Of a stretch of DNA of 47,559 bases, positions 35,184-42,801 are shown one piece after another. The first letter of the stretch is position 1, and each line of letters starts with the position of its first letter. The stretch comes from Gaiellales bacterium (GTDB taxonomy: Bacteria > Actinomycetota > Thermoleophilia > Gaiellales > F1-60-MAGs149): NCBI GenBank assembly GCA_051006935.1, contig JBPCSR010000172.1, forward strand, positions 1 to 47,559, given 5' to 3'. The translations under genes were made by a program, and so were the position numbers. The notes beneath the pieces were generated by a model. The model did not search any database and was not told the DNA's origin. It was given only the letters and a program-made list of their open reading frames with translations.

Positions 35184-36083
35184 CTACGAGAGGGCCGCGG
35201 CGAGGCCGCGCACGCCGGTCGTGTTGGAGACGCGGATGCGCTCGAGCTGCAGGGGATCGCGCGCCGACAGCGTGTCGCCCTCCTTCGTCGTGGTGGCGAG
35301 CACGTAGCCCGCTTGGCGCACGTCGTCGACGGCACGCGGACTGACGGATCCGGCGGGGTAGCAGAACCACTGCACCGGGTGCCCGAGGTGCCGCTCGAGC
35401 GCGAAGCGCGACTGACGCAGCGTCCGCATCGCCGCGTCGTGCGACATGTGCGGGATCTCGGTGTGCGAGACCGTGTGGGAGCCGATGTCCCAGCCGCGCT
35501 GCTCGAGGATGCGCAGCTGGGGCCACGTCAGCCACGTCGGGGCGGTCTTCTTGCTCTGCGCGATGCGGTCGGTGATGACGTAGGCGGTGCCGACGAAGCC
35601 GTACTGCGCCATGATCGGCGCCGCGGTCGTGGCGATCCCGCGGTAGCCGTCGTCGAACGTGAGCACGATCGGCTTCGAGGGCAGCGAGGCGCCCTCCTCG
35701 AGCGCCTTGTAGAGCTGGAGCTGCGAGATCGTGTGGTAGCCGTGCTCGTGGAGCCACTGCATCTCGAGCTGGAACTCGCCCGGGTCGACCGTGAGGCCGA
35801 CGGTGACGGCGGGCTCGTCGCCGTTGAGCACGGCGATGCGGTGGTACATCAGGATCGGCACCTTCAGCGTGCGGTCCGGCAGCGGGTCGGGCAGCGTCAG
35901 CTGCGGCACCTCCTTGACCGGCTTGACGGCCTTCGCCCCGCCGGTCGCCGTGTCCGAGGCCCCCTGCGCCTGCTGCTGCGCGCCACCGGCGCCGGAGGCG
36001 CGGGTCGCGTGGAGCACGGCCGACGACGCCACGACCGCGACGGCGAGCAGGACGAGGATGGCGAGCGCGGGACGGATCCGCAT
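35184..36083 (-). CDS. Secreted/anchored polysaccharide deacetylase (CE4, NodB domain)
   Basis: About 299 aa. N-terminal anchor MRIRPALAILVLLAVAVVA; NodB motifs LTFDDGY and GSHTVSH. Confidence 0.8.
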   Translation of the reverse strand: MRIRPALAILVLLAVAVVASSAVLHATRASGAGGAQQQAQGASDTATGGAKAVKPVKEVPQLTLPDPLPDRTLKVPILMYHRIAVLNGDEPAVTVGLTVDPGEFQLEMQWLHEHGYHTISQLQLYKALEEGASLPSKPIVLTFDDGYRGIATTAAPIMAQYGFVGTAYVITDRIAQSKKTAPTWLTWPQLRILEQRGWDIGSHTVSHTEIPHMSHDAAMRTLRQSRFALERHLGHPVQWFCYPAGSVSPRAVDDVRQAGYVLATTTKEGDTLSARDPLQLERIRVSNTTGVRGLAAALS

Positions 36084-36089
36084 GCGCCA

Positions 36090-36095
36090 ACAATA
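36090..36095 (-). promoter_or_regulatory. -10-like hexamer TATTGT, 6 nt upstream of the deacetylase ATG (leaderless-type)
   Basis: Minus strand reads TATTGT-tggcgc-ATG. Confidence 0.5.
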
Positions 36096-36143
36096 CCGAC
36101 GCGACCCGCGCCGGCGCCGCCCCGGATCGGCGACACTTCGGGC

Positions 36144-37928
36144 ATGAGCGCGATCACCCCGACCGGTCCGAACGCGGAGGGCGTGCGCTGGGATCTGTCG
36201 GCGATCTGCGCCGACGTCGCATCGGCCCGCCGGCTGCTCGACGAGTCGATCGCCGCAGCGGAGGCCTTCGACGCCCGTTACCGCGGACGCGTGGCCGACG
36301 TGGATGCCGACGGCCTCGCGGAGGCGCTCGCCGAGCTCGCCCGCATCTCGAACGCGCTGCACCGCGTCGGCTCCTACGTGGGCCTGCGCCGCAGCGTCGA
36401 CGTGAACGACGACGAGGCGCGCGATCTCGAGACGGTCGTGGACCAGGGGATGGTCCGGGCGCAGAACGCGCTGCGGTTCTTCGACCTCGAGTGGATCGCC
36501 CTCGACGACGACGCGGCGCAGGCGCTGATGGACGCGCCCGCCGTGGCGGCCGACCGGCACCACCTCGCCTCCGAGCGCCGCTTCCGTCCGCACGTGCTTC
36601 CCGACGACCAGGAGCGGATGCTGGCCGAGCGCGAGCCGGTCGTGTCGGCGTGGCAGAACCTCTTCGCGCAGACCGTGTCGAACATCCGCGCCCCGTTCGA
36701 CGACGGGACGGGGGAGGCCGAGAAGACGGTCGACGAGCTGCTCGCCTACGTGCACACGACCGATCGCAGCGTGCGGATCGCCGCGCTCGAGACGCTGTAC
36801 ACGGCGCTCGAGCCGCACGGCGACGTGCTCGCCTCGTGCTACGACAGCATCGTCGCCGACCGCCTGACGATGGACCGGCTGCGCGGCTACGCGGCGCCGA
36901 TGGACGCGCGGCACCTCGCCAACGAGCTCGAGCCCGCATGGGTCGACGCGATGATGGAGGCGATCGAGGCGCGCTACGGCATGGCGCAGCGCTGGTTCCG
37001 ACGCAAGGCCGGTCTGATGGGCCTCGACCGGCTGCACCTGGCCGACCAGTACGCGCCGCTCGGCGAGGGCCGCGCGATGCCGTACGAGGAGGCGCGCGGC
37101 ATCGTCGACGACGCGTTCGGGCGCTTCTCGCCCGAGCTCACGCGCGTCACGCGCGGCGTCTTCGAAGAGCACCGGGTCGACGCGGAGCCGCGCCAGGGCA
37201 AGCGCGGCGGCGCCTTCTGCGCGTCGGTCGCGCAGGACAGCCAGCCGTTCGTGATGCTCAACCACACGGACACGCTGCGCGATCTGATGACGGTCGCCCA
37301 CGAGCTCGGCCACGGCATGCACTTCGCGCTCTCGAGCGAGCGCCAGACCGCGCTCTCCATGCACGCCCCGCTCGCGCTCTGCGAGGTGCCCAGCACGTTC
37401 GCCGAGCTGATCGTGTTCGAGCGCATGCTCGAGACGGAGCAGGACGCGGCCACGCGGACGGCGCTGATCCGGCAGGAGCTGGAGTCGGGCTTCGCGACGG
37501 TCTTCCGCCAGACGATGATGGCGCGCTACGAGCAGGACGCCTACACCGCGCGGCGCGACGGCCAGGCGCTCACGAAGGACCGCCTCGCCGAGTTCTGGTT
37601 CAGCCGCAACGAGGGCTACTACGGCGACTCGGTCGAGCTGCCCGAGGGGTACCGCCGCGGCTGGAGCTACATCCCGCACTTCATCAACACGCGCTTCTAC
37701 ACGTACGCCTACGCCTTCGCGCACCTCGCGAGCCTGACGCTGTTCGCGCTCTACCGCGAGCAGGGAGAGGCGTTCATCGGCCCCTACATCGACTTCCTCG
37801 CGACCGGCGGGGCCGCCTCGCCGGGCGAGCAGCTCGGCGCGTTCGGGATCGATCTCGCCGATTCCGCGACGTGGTCGCGCGGCCTCGACGAGATGGAGCG
37901 CATGCTCGACCTCGCGGTCGAGGGATAG
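36144..37928 (+). CDS. pepF: Oligoendopeptidase F (M3B family)
   Basis: About 594 aa with zinc motif HELGHGMH. Start at MSAITPTG. Confidence 0.85.
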   Translation: MSAITPTGPNAEGVRWDLSAICADVASARRLLDESIAAAEAFDARYRGRVADVDADGLAEALAELARISNALHRVGSYVGLRRSVDVNDDEARDLETVVDQGMVRAQNALRFFDLEWIALDDDAAQALMDAPAVAADRHHLASERRFRPHVLPDDQERMLAEREPVVSAWQNLFAQTVSNIRAPFDDGTGEAEKTVDELLAYVHTTDRSVRIAALETLYTALEPHGDVLASCYDSIVADRLTMDRLRGYAAPMDARHLANELEPAWVDAMMEAIEARYGMAQRWFRRKAGLMGLDRLHLADQYAPLGEGRAMPYEEARGIVDDAFGRFSPELTRVTRGVFEEHRVDAEPRQGKRGGAFCASVAQDSQPFVMLNHTDTLRDLMTVAHELGHGMHFALSSERQTALSMHAPLALCEVPSTFAELIVFERMLETEQDAATRTALIRQELESGFATVFRQTMMARYEQDAYTARRDGQALTKDRLAEFWFSRNEGYYGDSVELPEGYRRGWSYIPHFINTRFYTYAYAFAHLASLTLFALYREQGEAFIGPYIDFLATGGAASPGEQLGAFGIDLADSATWSRGLDEMERMLDLAVEG

Positions 37929-37930
37929 CG

Positions 37931-39160
37931 ATGCGCGTCGCCCGCCTCGACTGGACCGAGGGCGAGGGGGCGTTCTACGCCGACGACCTGATGGCGATTC
38001 GCGCCGGGGCGCGGCACGACGGCTTCGCGTACCTCGGCGAGCCGATCACGCCCGGGCATCGTGCGGTCCGGAGTCCCGCCCGGGCCCTGCTCCTGCGCCT
38101 CGAGACGGAGACGGGCGCCTGCGGGTGGGGCGATGCGGTGGCCGTGCAGTACTCGGGCGTCGGCGGCCGCGACGCGCCGGTCGACCCCGCGGCGCTGGCG
38201 GGCGAGGTGGAGCACGCGCTGACGGCGCTGCGCGAGGCGGGGGAGGTCGGTTTCGCGGACGGCTCGCGCTTGGTGGACGGCCTCCGCATCGACGGACGCC
38301 AGCTGCACACCGCGCTGCGCTACGGCCTCAGCCAGGCCCTGCTCGCGGCGGAGGCCGCCGAGCGCGGCGTACCGCCGCTGCGCGTGCTCGCGCCGCTGAC
38401 GGGCCTGGAGCAGCCGCACGTGCTCCCCGTCTACGCGCAGACCGGCGAGGATCGGCACGGCAACGCCGACCGCATGATCCTGCGCGGCGTCGACGTGCTG
38501 CCGCACGGTCTGTTCAACTCCGTCGACGCGGTCGGCGCTGACGGTACGGCCTTTCTCGACTACGTGCGCTGGCTGCGCCGGCGCGTCGACGAGCTCGGCG
38601 CGCCCGGGTACGCCCCCCGGCTGCACCTCGACGTGTACGGGATGCTCGGCGTGGTGGCGGGGCAGGACACGCAACGCCTCGCCGACCTCCTGACGACGGC
38701 CGAGGCGGCGGCGGGCGGACTGCCCTTGACGATCGAGGCGCCGACCTTCGGCGCCGATCAGGACGAGACGATCGCGCTCCTGGCCGCACTGCGCGCGGAG
38801 CTGCGCGCGCGCGGCTCGGCCGTGCGCCTCGCGGCCGACGAGTTCTGCAACGGCGACGAGGACGTGGCGCGCTTCGTCGACGCCGGTGCGGTCGACGTGA
38901 TCCAGATCAAGATGCCCGACCTCGGCTGCCTGACGGAGGCGATCGCCGCCGCGCGGGCGTGCCGGGCCGCCGGCCTGGGCGTGTTCATCGGCGGCTCCTG
39001 CGCGGAGACCGAGGTGAGCGCCGTTGCGAGCACCCAGGTCGCGCTGGCCGTCGAGGCCGACCAGGTGCTCGCCAAGCCCGGCATGGGCGTCGACGAGGGC
39101 GTGACGATCATCCGCAACGCGATGCGTCGCGCCGTCCTGGACTGGGAGCGCTCGGCCTAG
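37931..39160 (+). CDS. 3-Methylaspartate ammonia-lyase (enolase superfamily)
   Basis: 409 aa, collinear with the clostridial enzyme as I recall it: AVQYSGVGGRD, YAQTGEDRH, DVLPHGL, HLDVYGM, IEAP, ADEFCN, IQIKMPDLG, GGSCAET, QVLAKPGMGVDEG. Starts 2 nt after the pepF stop. Confidence 0.85.
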   Translation: MRVARLDWTEGEGAFYADDLMAIRAGARHDGFAYLGEPITPGHRAVRSPARALLLRLETETGACGWGDAVAVQYSGVGGRDAPVDPAALAGEVEHALTALREAGEVGFADGSRLVDGLRIDGRQLHTALRYGLSQALLAAEAAERGVPPLRVLAPLTGLEQPHVLPVYAQTGEDRHGNADRMILRGVDVLPHGLFNSVDAVGADGTAFLDYVRWLRRRVDELGAPGYAPRLHLDVYGMLGVVAGQDTQRLADLLTTAEAAAGGLPLTIEAPTFGADQDETIALLAALRAELRARGSAVRLAADEFCNGDEDVARFVDAGAVDVIQIKMPDLGCLTEAIAAARACRAAGLGVFIGGSCAETEVSAVASTQVALAVEADQVLAKPGMGVDEGVTIIRNAMRRAVLDWERSA

Positions 39161-39900
39161 AGGAGGCCCGCGAGCCCGCGTGCGCCGGTCAGCGCTGCGA
39201 GGGCGACCAGGATCCAGAGCACCCGCGTGCGGAAGCGCGTCTGATCCGAACCGTGGAACGCGCGATGCCCGAGCCACGACCCGACGACCAGAGCGGGCAG
39301 GCACCACAGCATCGTGGTCAGCAGCGTGCGGTCGATCAGGCCGCCGGCCGCGTAGGAGGCCAGGGCGATCGCGTCGAGCACGAGGAAGCACGCCATCATC
39401 GAGGCGCGGCTGACCGCGGCAGCGCGTTGCGTCCCCACGAAGAACAGGACGATCGGCGGGCCGCTCGTGCCGAACGCGCCGTTGAGGAGACCCGCCACGC
39501 CGCCGACGGCAAGCGCCGCAGGCGTGCCCGGTGCCGTCCGCGGGGCGCTCGCGCGCAGCAGAGCGAGCGCCGCGACCGCGATCACGACGGCGATGCCGAT
39601 GCGCGCCACATCCGCCGGCGCGTGGATCAGGAAGAGCGCGCCGACCGGCGTCAGCGCGACGGCGCCCGCCAGCAGCACGAGCACGGGGCGCCAGCGGATC
39701 TCCCGCCAGACGGGTGGCAGGAGAAGCAGGCTGGCGAGCACCTCGAGGCCGATCTCGATCGGCACGGCCGCGTTCGGGTCGATCAGGAGCGAGATGCCGG
39801 CGACGCCCACCAGGGCGAAGCCGAAGCCGCTGTAGCCGCGGACGAAGGCGGCGGCCAGGATGATCAGCGCGGCCAGCGCGGTCGCGGCGGGCGAGTGCAT
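39157..39900 (-). CDS. TauE/SafE-family anion exporter (membrane protein)
   Basis: 247 aa, multi-TM, with FVRGYSGFGFAL near the N-terminus. Its stop shares CTAG with the lyase stop. Confidence 0.7.
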   Translation of the reverse strand: MHSPAATALAALIILAAAFVRGYSGFGFALVGVAGISLLIDPNAAVPIEIGLEVLASLLLLPPVWREIRWRPVLVLLAGAVALTPVGALFLIHAPADVARIGIAVVIAVAALALLRASAPRTAPGTPAALAVGGVAGLLNGAFGTSGPPIVLFFVGTQRAAAVSRASMMACFLVLDAIALASYAAGGLIDRTLLTTMLWCLPALVVGSWLGHRAFHGSDQTRFRTRVLWILVALAALTGARGLAGLL

Positions 39901-39906
39901 CGCCGT

Positions 39907-39912
39907 ACCGTA
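39907..39912 (-). promoter_or_regulatory. -10-like hexamer TACGGT, 6 nt upstream of the TauE ATG (leaderless-type)
   Basis: Minus strand reads TACGGT-acggcg-ATG. Confidence 0.5.
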
Positions 39913-39925
39913 CGCGGCCGGTGCG

Positions 39926-40684
39926 TCAGCCGAAGTACTGCGTGACCAGATGGCCGACCGCGTAGCCGATGGCCGCGCTGATCGTGCCGATCACGGCGAC
40001 CTTGAGGCCGGCGGACAGCAGCGAGAGCCGCGCGATGCGGCCCTTGGCGACGCCGAGGATGAACAACGCCGCGAGCGTGCAGAGGAGCGACACGATCAAC
40101 GCCGTCGAGATGTCGAACAGGAGGTAGGGCCAGAGCGGGATGATCGCGGCGCCGAGGTACGTGCCGCCGACGACGAACGCGTCGCCCAGCGCGTCGCCGC
40201 CTGCGTCGGGTGAGAGGTCGAGCTCCTTCTGGATCTTCGTGCGCAGGAAGACGTTGTCGTTGGCGGCGAGGCCGAGCGCCACGTGCTCGGCGTCCTCGCG
40301 CGGCAGGCCCTCGTGCTCGAGGATGATCGCCAGCTCGGCGATCTCGCGCTCGCGGTGCTCGACGATCTCGTCGCCCTCGTCGAGGATCTCGGCCTGGTAC
40401 AGGCCCTCCTCCGCCTCGCTCGCGAGGTAGGAGCCCGAGCCCATGGCGACGGCGCCCGCGAACGCCTCCGCCAGGCCCGCCACGATGATCAGCGACTGCG
40501 ACGGGTGCGCAGCGGCCATGCCGGTGACGACGCCAAGCGGGACGAGCAGGCCGTCCTGCGCCCCGAGCACGACCTCGCGGATGCGCGACAGCTTCGCGAT
40601 GCGCTCGGCCTCGCCGAGCGAGTGGTCGCGGATGTGCTCCTCCGCCTCGCGTCGCGCCTCGTCGGTGATCGGGTGCTCCGTCAT
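39926..40684 (-). CDS. VIT1/CCC1-family iron/manganese transporter
   Basis: About 252 aa. Cytoplasmic acidic helical N-domain, VLGAQDGLLVPLGVVTG, and C-terminal TM bundle. ATG 40684 is preferred over the ORF-track GTG 40693 because TAGCGT-gaccgcc-ATG fits the leaderless pattern. Confidence 0.8.
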   Translation of the reverse strand: MTEHPITDEARREAEEHIRDHSLGEAERIAKLSRIREVVLGAQDGLLVPLGVVTGMAAAHPSQSLIIVAGLAEAFAGAVAMGSGSYLASEAEEGLYQAEILDEGDEIVEHREREIAELAIILEHEGLPREDAEHVALGLAANDNVFLRTKIQKELDLSPDAGGDALGDAFVVGGTYLGAAIIPLWPYLLFDISTALIVSLLCTLAALFILGVAKGRIARLSLLSAGLKVAVIGTISAAIGYAVGHLVTQYFG

Positions 40685-40691
40685 GGCGGTC

Positions 40692-40697
40692 ACGCTA
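40692..40697 (-). promoter_or_regulatory. -10-like hexamer TAGCGT, 7 nt upstream of the VIT ATG (leaderless-type)
   Basis: Lies in the 38-nt interval between the tRNA-Leu 3' end and the VIT start. Confidence 0.45.
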
Positions 40698-40722
40698 GCG
40701 CAGCGACGCGGGAGCCGGGTGA

Positions 40723-40806
40723 TGCCGGGGGCGGGTCTCGAACCCGCACGTTGTCGCCAACGCCGGATTTTGAGTCCGGTGCGTCTACCAATTCCGCCAC
40801 CCCGGC
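40723..40806 (-). tRNA. tRNA-Leu (anticodon CAA)
   Basis: The reverse complement folds as a cloverleaf: acceptor GCCGGGG/CCCCGGC plus discriminator A, anticodon stem CCGGA/TCCGG with loop CTCAAAA, long variable arm, and T-arm GCGGG-TTCGAGA-CCCGC. CCA is not encoded. Confidence 0.92.
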
Positions 40807-40951
40807 GCGGTGTGGACAGGGTATCGCGCGTCCGTCCGGCCGTGTGCTACCTTGGACGCGTGGTCGGCGATGGCGCCGCCCACGACGCGACGCGGCGTCC
40901 CCCGTCGCGGCGTGCCCGGAGGGGCGACGCCGCCTGACAACGGAGGACCGC

Positions 40952-42280
40952 ATGGCGACCAAGAAGGATGTGCTGGCGAAGGCGAAGGCGGAGAACGTCC
41001 GCTTCGTGCGCCTGCAGTTCACGGAGCTGCACGGACAGATGAAGAACGTGCAGATCCCCGTCGAGGAGCTGCCGAAGGCGCTCGACAACAAGATGATGTT
41101 CGACGGCTCCTCGATTCGCGGCTACAAGCGGATCGAGCAGTCGGACATGTACTTCCAGCCCGACCTGAGCACGTTCCAGGTGATCCCGTGGCTCGAGGGC
41201 GCCTCCGGCAACGTCGCGCGCATCATCTGCGACGTCGCGGACCCCGATGGCGCGCCGTTCGCCGGCGATCCGCGCGTGGCGCTCAAGCGCGTCGTCGCGG
41301 AGGCCAAGAAGATGGGCTTCGAGATGAACGTCGGCCCCGAGGCCGAGTTCTTCGTGTTCGACCACGACGCCGACGGCAACCCCACCATCAACCCGCACGA
41401 CAAGGCGGGCTACTTCGACGTCGGCCCGGTCGACAAGGGCGTCGAGCTGCGCCGCACCATGGACGACATGCTGATCAGCATGGGCTTCAACCTCGAAGCC
41501 TCGCACCACGAGGTCGCGATCGGCCAGCACGAGATCGACTTCCGCCACGCCCCGGCGCTCGCATGCGCGGACATGCTGATCACCTTCCGCTACGTGATCC
41601 GCTCCGTCGCGGCTCAGCTCGGCCTGCACGCGACCTTCATGCCGAAGCCGATCTTCGGCGAGAACGGCTCGGGCATGCACTGCAACCAGTCGCTCTCGAA
41701 GGGCGGCAAGAACATCTTCTTCGACCCCAAGGGCGAGGAGCAGCTGTCCGACGCCGCCTACGGCTACATCGCGGGCCTGCTCGAGCACCTGCCGGCGATC
41801 ACGGCGATCGCGAACCCGATCGTCAACTCGTACAAGCGGCTCGTGCCGGGGTACGAGGCGCCCGTGTACATCGCGTGGTCGCCGGGCAACCGCTCGGCCG
41901 CGATCCGCATCCCCGCCTCGCGCGGCGGCGGCACCCGCGCGGAGCTGCGCACCCCGGACCCGACGGCGAACCCGTACCTCCTGTTCGCGGTGATGCTGGC
42001 GGCCGGCCTCGACGGCATCAAGCGCGGTGCGCGCCCGCCGAAGCCGGTCAACCAGAACATCTACAACCTCAGCGCCGAGGAGTCGAAGAAGCTCAAGATC
42101 GGCTCCCTCCCGCACAACCTCGACGCGGCGCTGAACGCGCTGGAGAACGACAAGGTGGTCCGGGCCGCCCTCGGCGAGCACATCACCGAGGCGTTCCTCG
42201 CCGAGAAGCGCAAGGAGTGGGACGCCTACAAGATGCAGGTGCACCAGTGGGAGATCGACGAGTACATGGAGCGCTTCTAG
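40952..42280 (+). CDS. glnA: Glutamine synthetase type I (short, GSI-alpha-like)
   Basis: 442 aa. VRFVRLQFTELHGQMKNV, MFDGSSIRG, HHEVAIGQHEIDF, NGSGMHCNQSL, NSYKRLVPGYEAP. SD GGAGGA lies 6 nt before the ATG. Confidence 0.92.
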   Translation: MATKKDVLAKAKAENVRFVRLQFTELHGQMKNVQIPVEELPKALDNKMMFDGSSIRGYKRIEQSDMYFQPDLSTFQVIPWLEGASGNVARIICDVADPDGAPFAGDPRVALKRVVAEAKKMGFEMNVGPEAEFFVFDHDADGNPTINPHDKAGYFDVGPVDKGVELRRTMDDMLISMGFNLEASHHEVAIGQHEIDFRHAPALACADMLITFRYVIRSVAAQLGLHATFMPKPIFGENGSGMHCNQSLSKGGKNIFFDPKGEEQLSDAAYGYIAGLLEHLPAITAIANPIVNSYKRLVPGYEAPVYIAWSPGNRSAAIRIPASRGGGTRAELRTPDPTANPYLLFAVMLAAGLDGIKRGARPPKPVNQNIYNLSAEESKKLKIGSLPHNLDAALNALENDKVVRAALGEHITEAFLAEKRKEWDAYKMQVHQWEIDEYMERF

Positions 42281-42296
42281 CCGCTCCGCCGGCGCA

Positions 42297-42342
42297 GCCG
42301 ACGACGACCGGACCGGCCACGGCCGGGGCCGGCGTCGTCGGC
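42297..42342 (+). terminator. GC-rich hairpin downstream of glnA (candidate intrinsic terminator, no U-tract)
   Basis: GCCGACGACG...CGTCGTCGGC 10-bp outer stem plus inner CCGGCC/GGCCGG pairing, 17 nt after the stop. Confidence 0.45.
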
Positions 42343-42456
42343 CGGCGCGCCGCTACCGGCGCAGTCAGGCGGATTCGCCTGTACCTTGCGCCGTGACCCA
42401 CCACGCGGCCTGACCGGGGCTGCGGGTGTGGCGACTGTCCAGAAAGGAGGGCCCCC

Positions 42457-42726
42457 ATGGCCCTGACCGGCGAGCAGAAGACCGAGATCATCGGCAAGCA
42501 CGGCACGTCCGCTGCCGACACGGGATCGACCGAGGTGCAGGTGGCGCTGTTGACCACCCGCATCAACGAGCTCACGGAGCACCTCCGGTACCACAAGCAC
42601 GACCATCACTCGCGTCGCGGCCTGCTCAAGATGGTTGGCCGCCGTCGGCGCCTGCTCCAGTACCTCCAGCGTGAGGACATCGAGCGGTACCGCGCGATCG
42701 TGAAGGAGCTCGGACTGCGCCGCTAA
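42457..42726 (+). CDS. rpsO: 30S ribosomal protein S15
   Basis: 89 aa. [45 protein letters not shown] lies before the ATG. Confidence 0.95.
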   Translation: MALTGEQKTEIIGKHGTSAADTGSTEVQVALLTTRINELTEHLRYHKHDHHSRRGLLKMVGRRRRLLQYLQREDIERYRAIVKELGLRR

Positions 42727-42744
42727 GGGCGCCCGAGTATCGAT

Positions 42745-42771
42745 GGCGGCACGCGGGACGCGTGAACCGCC
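42745..42771 (+). promoter_or_regulatory. Hairpin in the rpsO-pnp spacer (candidate attenuator / RNase III-type processing site)
   Basis: GGCGG-CACGCG-gga-CGCGTG-aa-CCGCC, followed by the most AT-rich stretch of the window and the pnp ATG. Confidence 0.4.
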
Positions 42772-42801
42772 GGCAGCAGAAGAAGGGAAGTACCAATTCA
42801 T

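Noticed and set aside
39157-40806. Genomic island integrated at the 3' end of tRNA-Leu
   Set aside because: There is no integrase or recombinase, no visible direct repeat of the tRNA 3' end, and no compositional break. The adjacent genes are ordinary transporters.
40807-40951. glnA leader as a glutamine riboswitch or GlnR-box promoter
   Set aside because: The leader has GC-rich repeats (CGCGGCGTCCCC / CGCGGCGTGCCC) and a possible hairpin with GGGGCGACGCCGCC. I could not match it to the glutamine-riboswitch consensus or to gTnAc-n6-GaAAc boxes. The candidate -35/-10 spacing (TGGACA ... TACCTT, 29 nt) is wrong.
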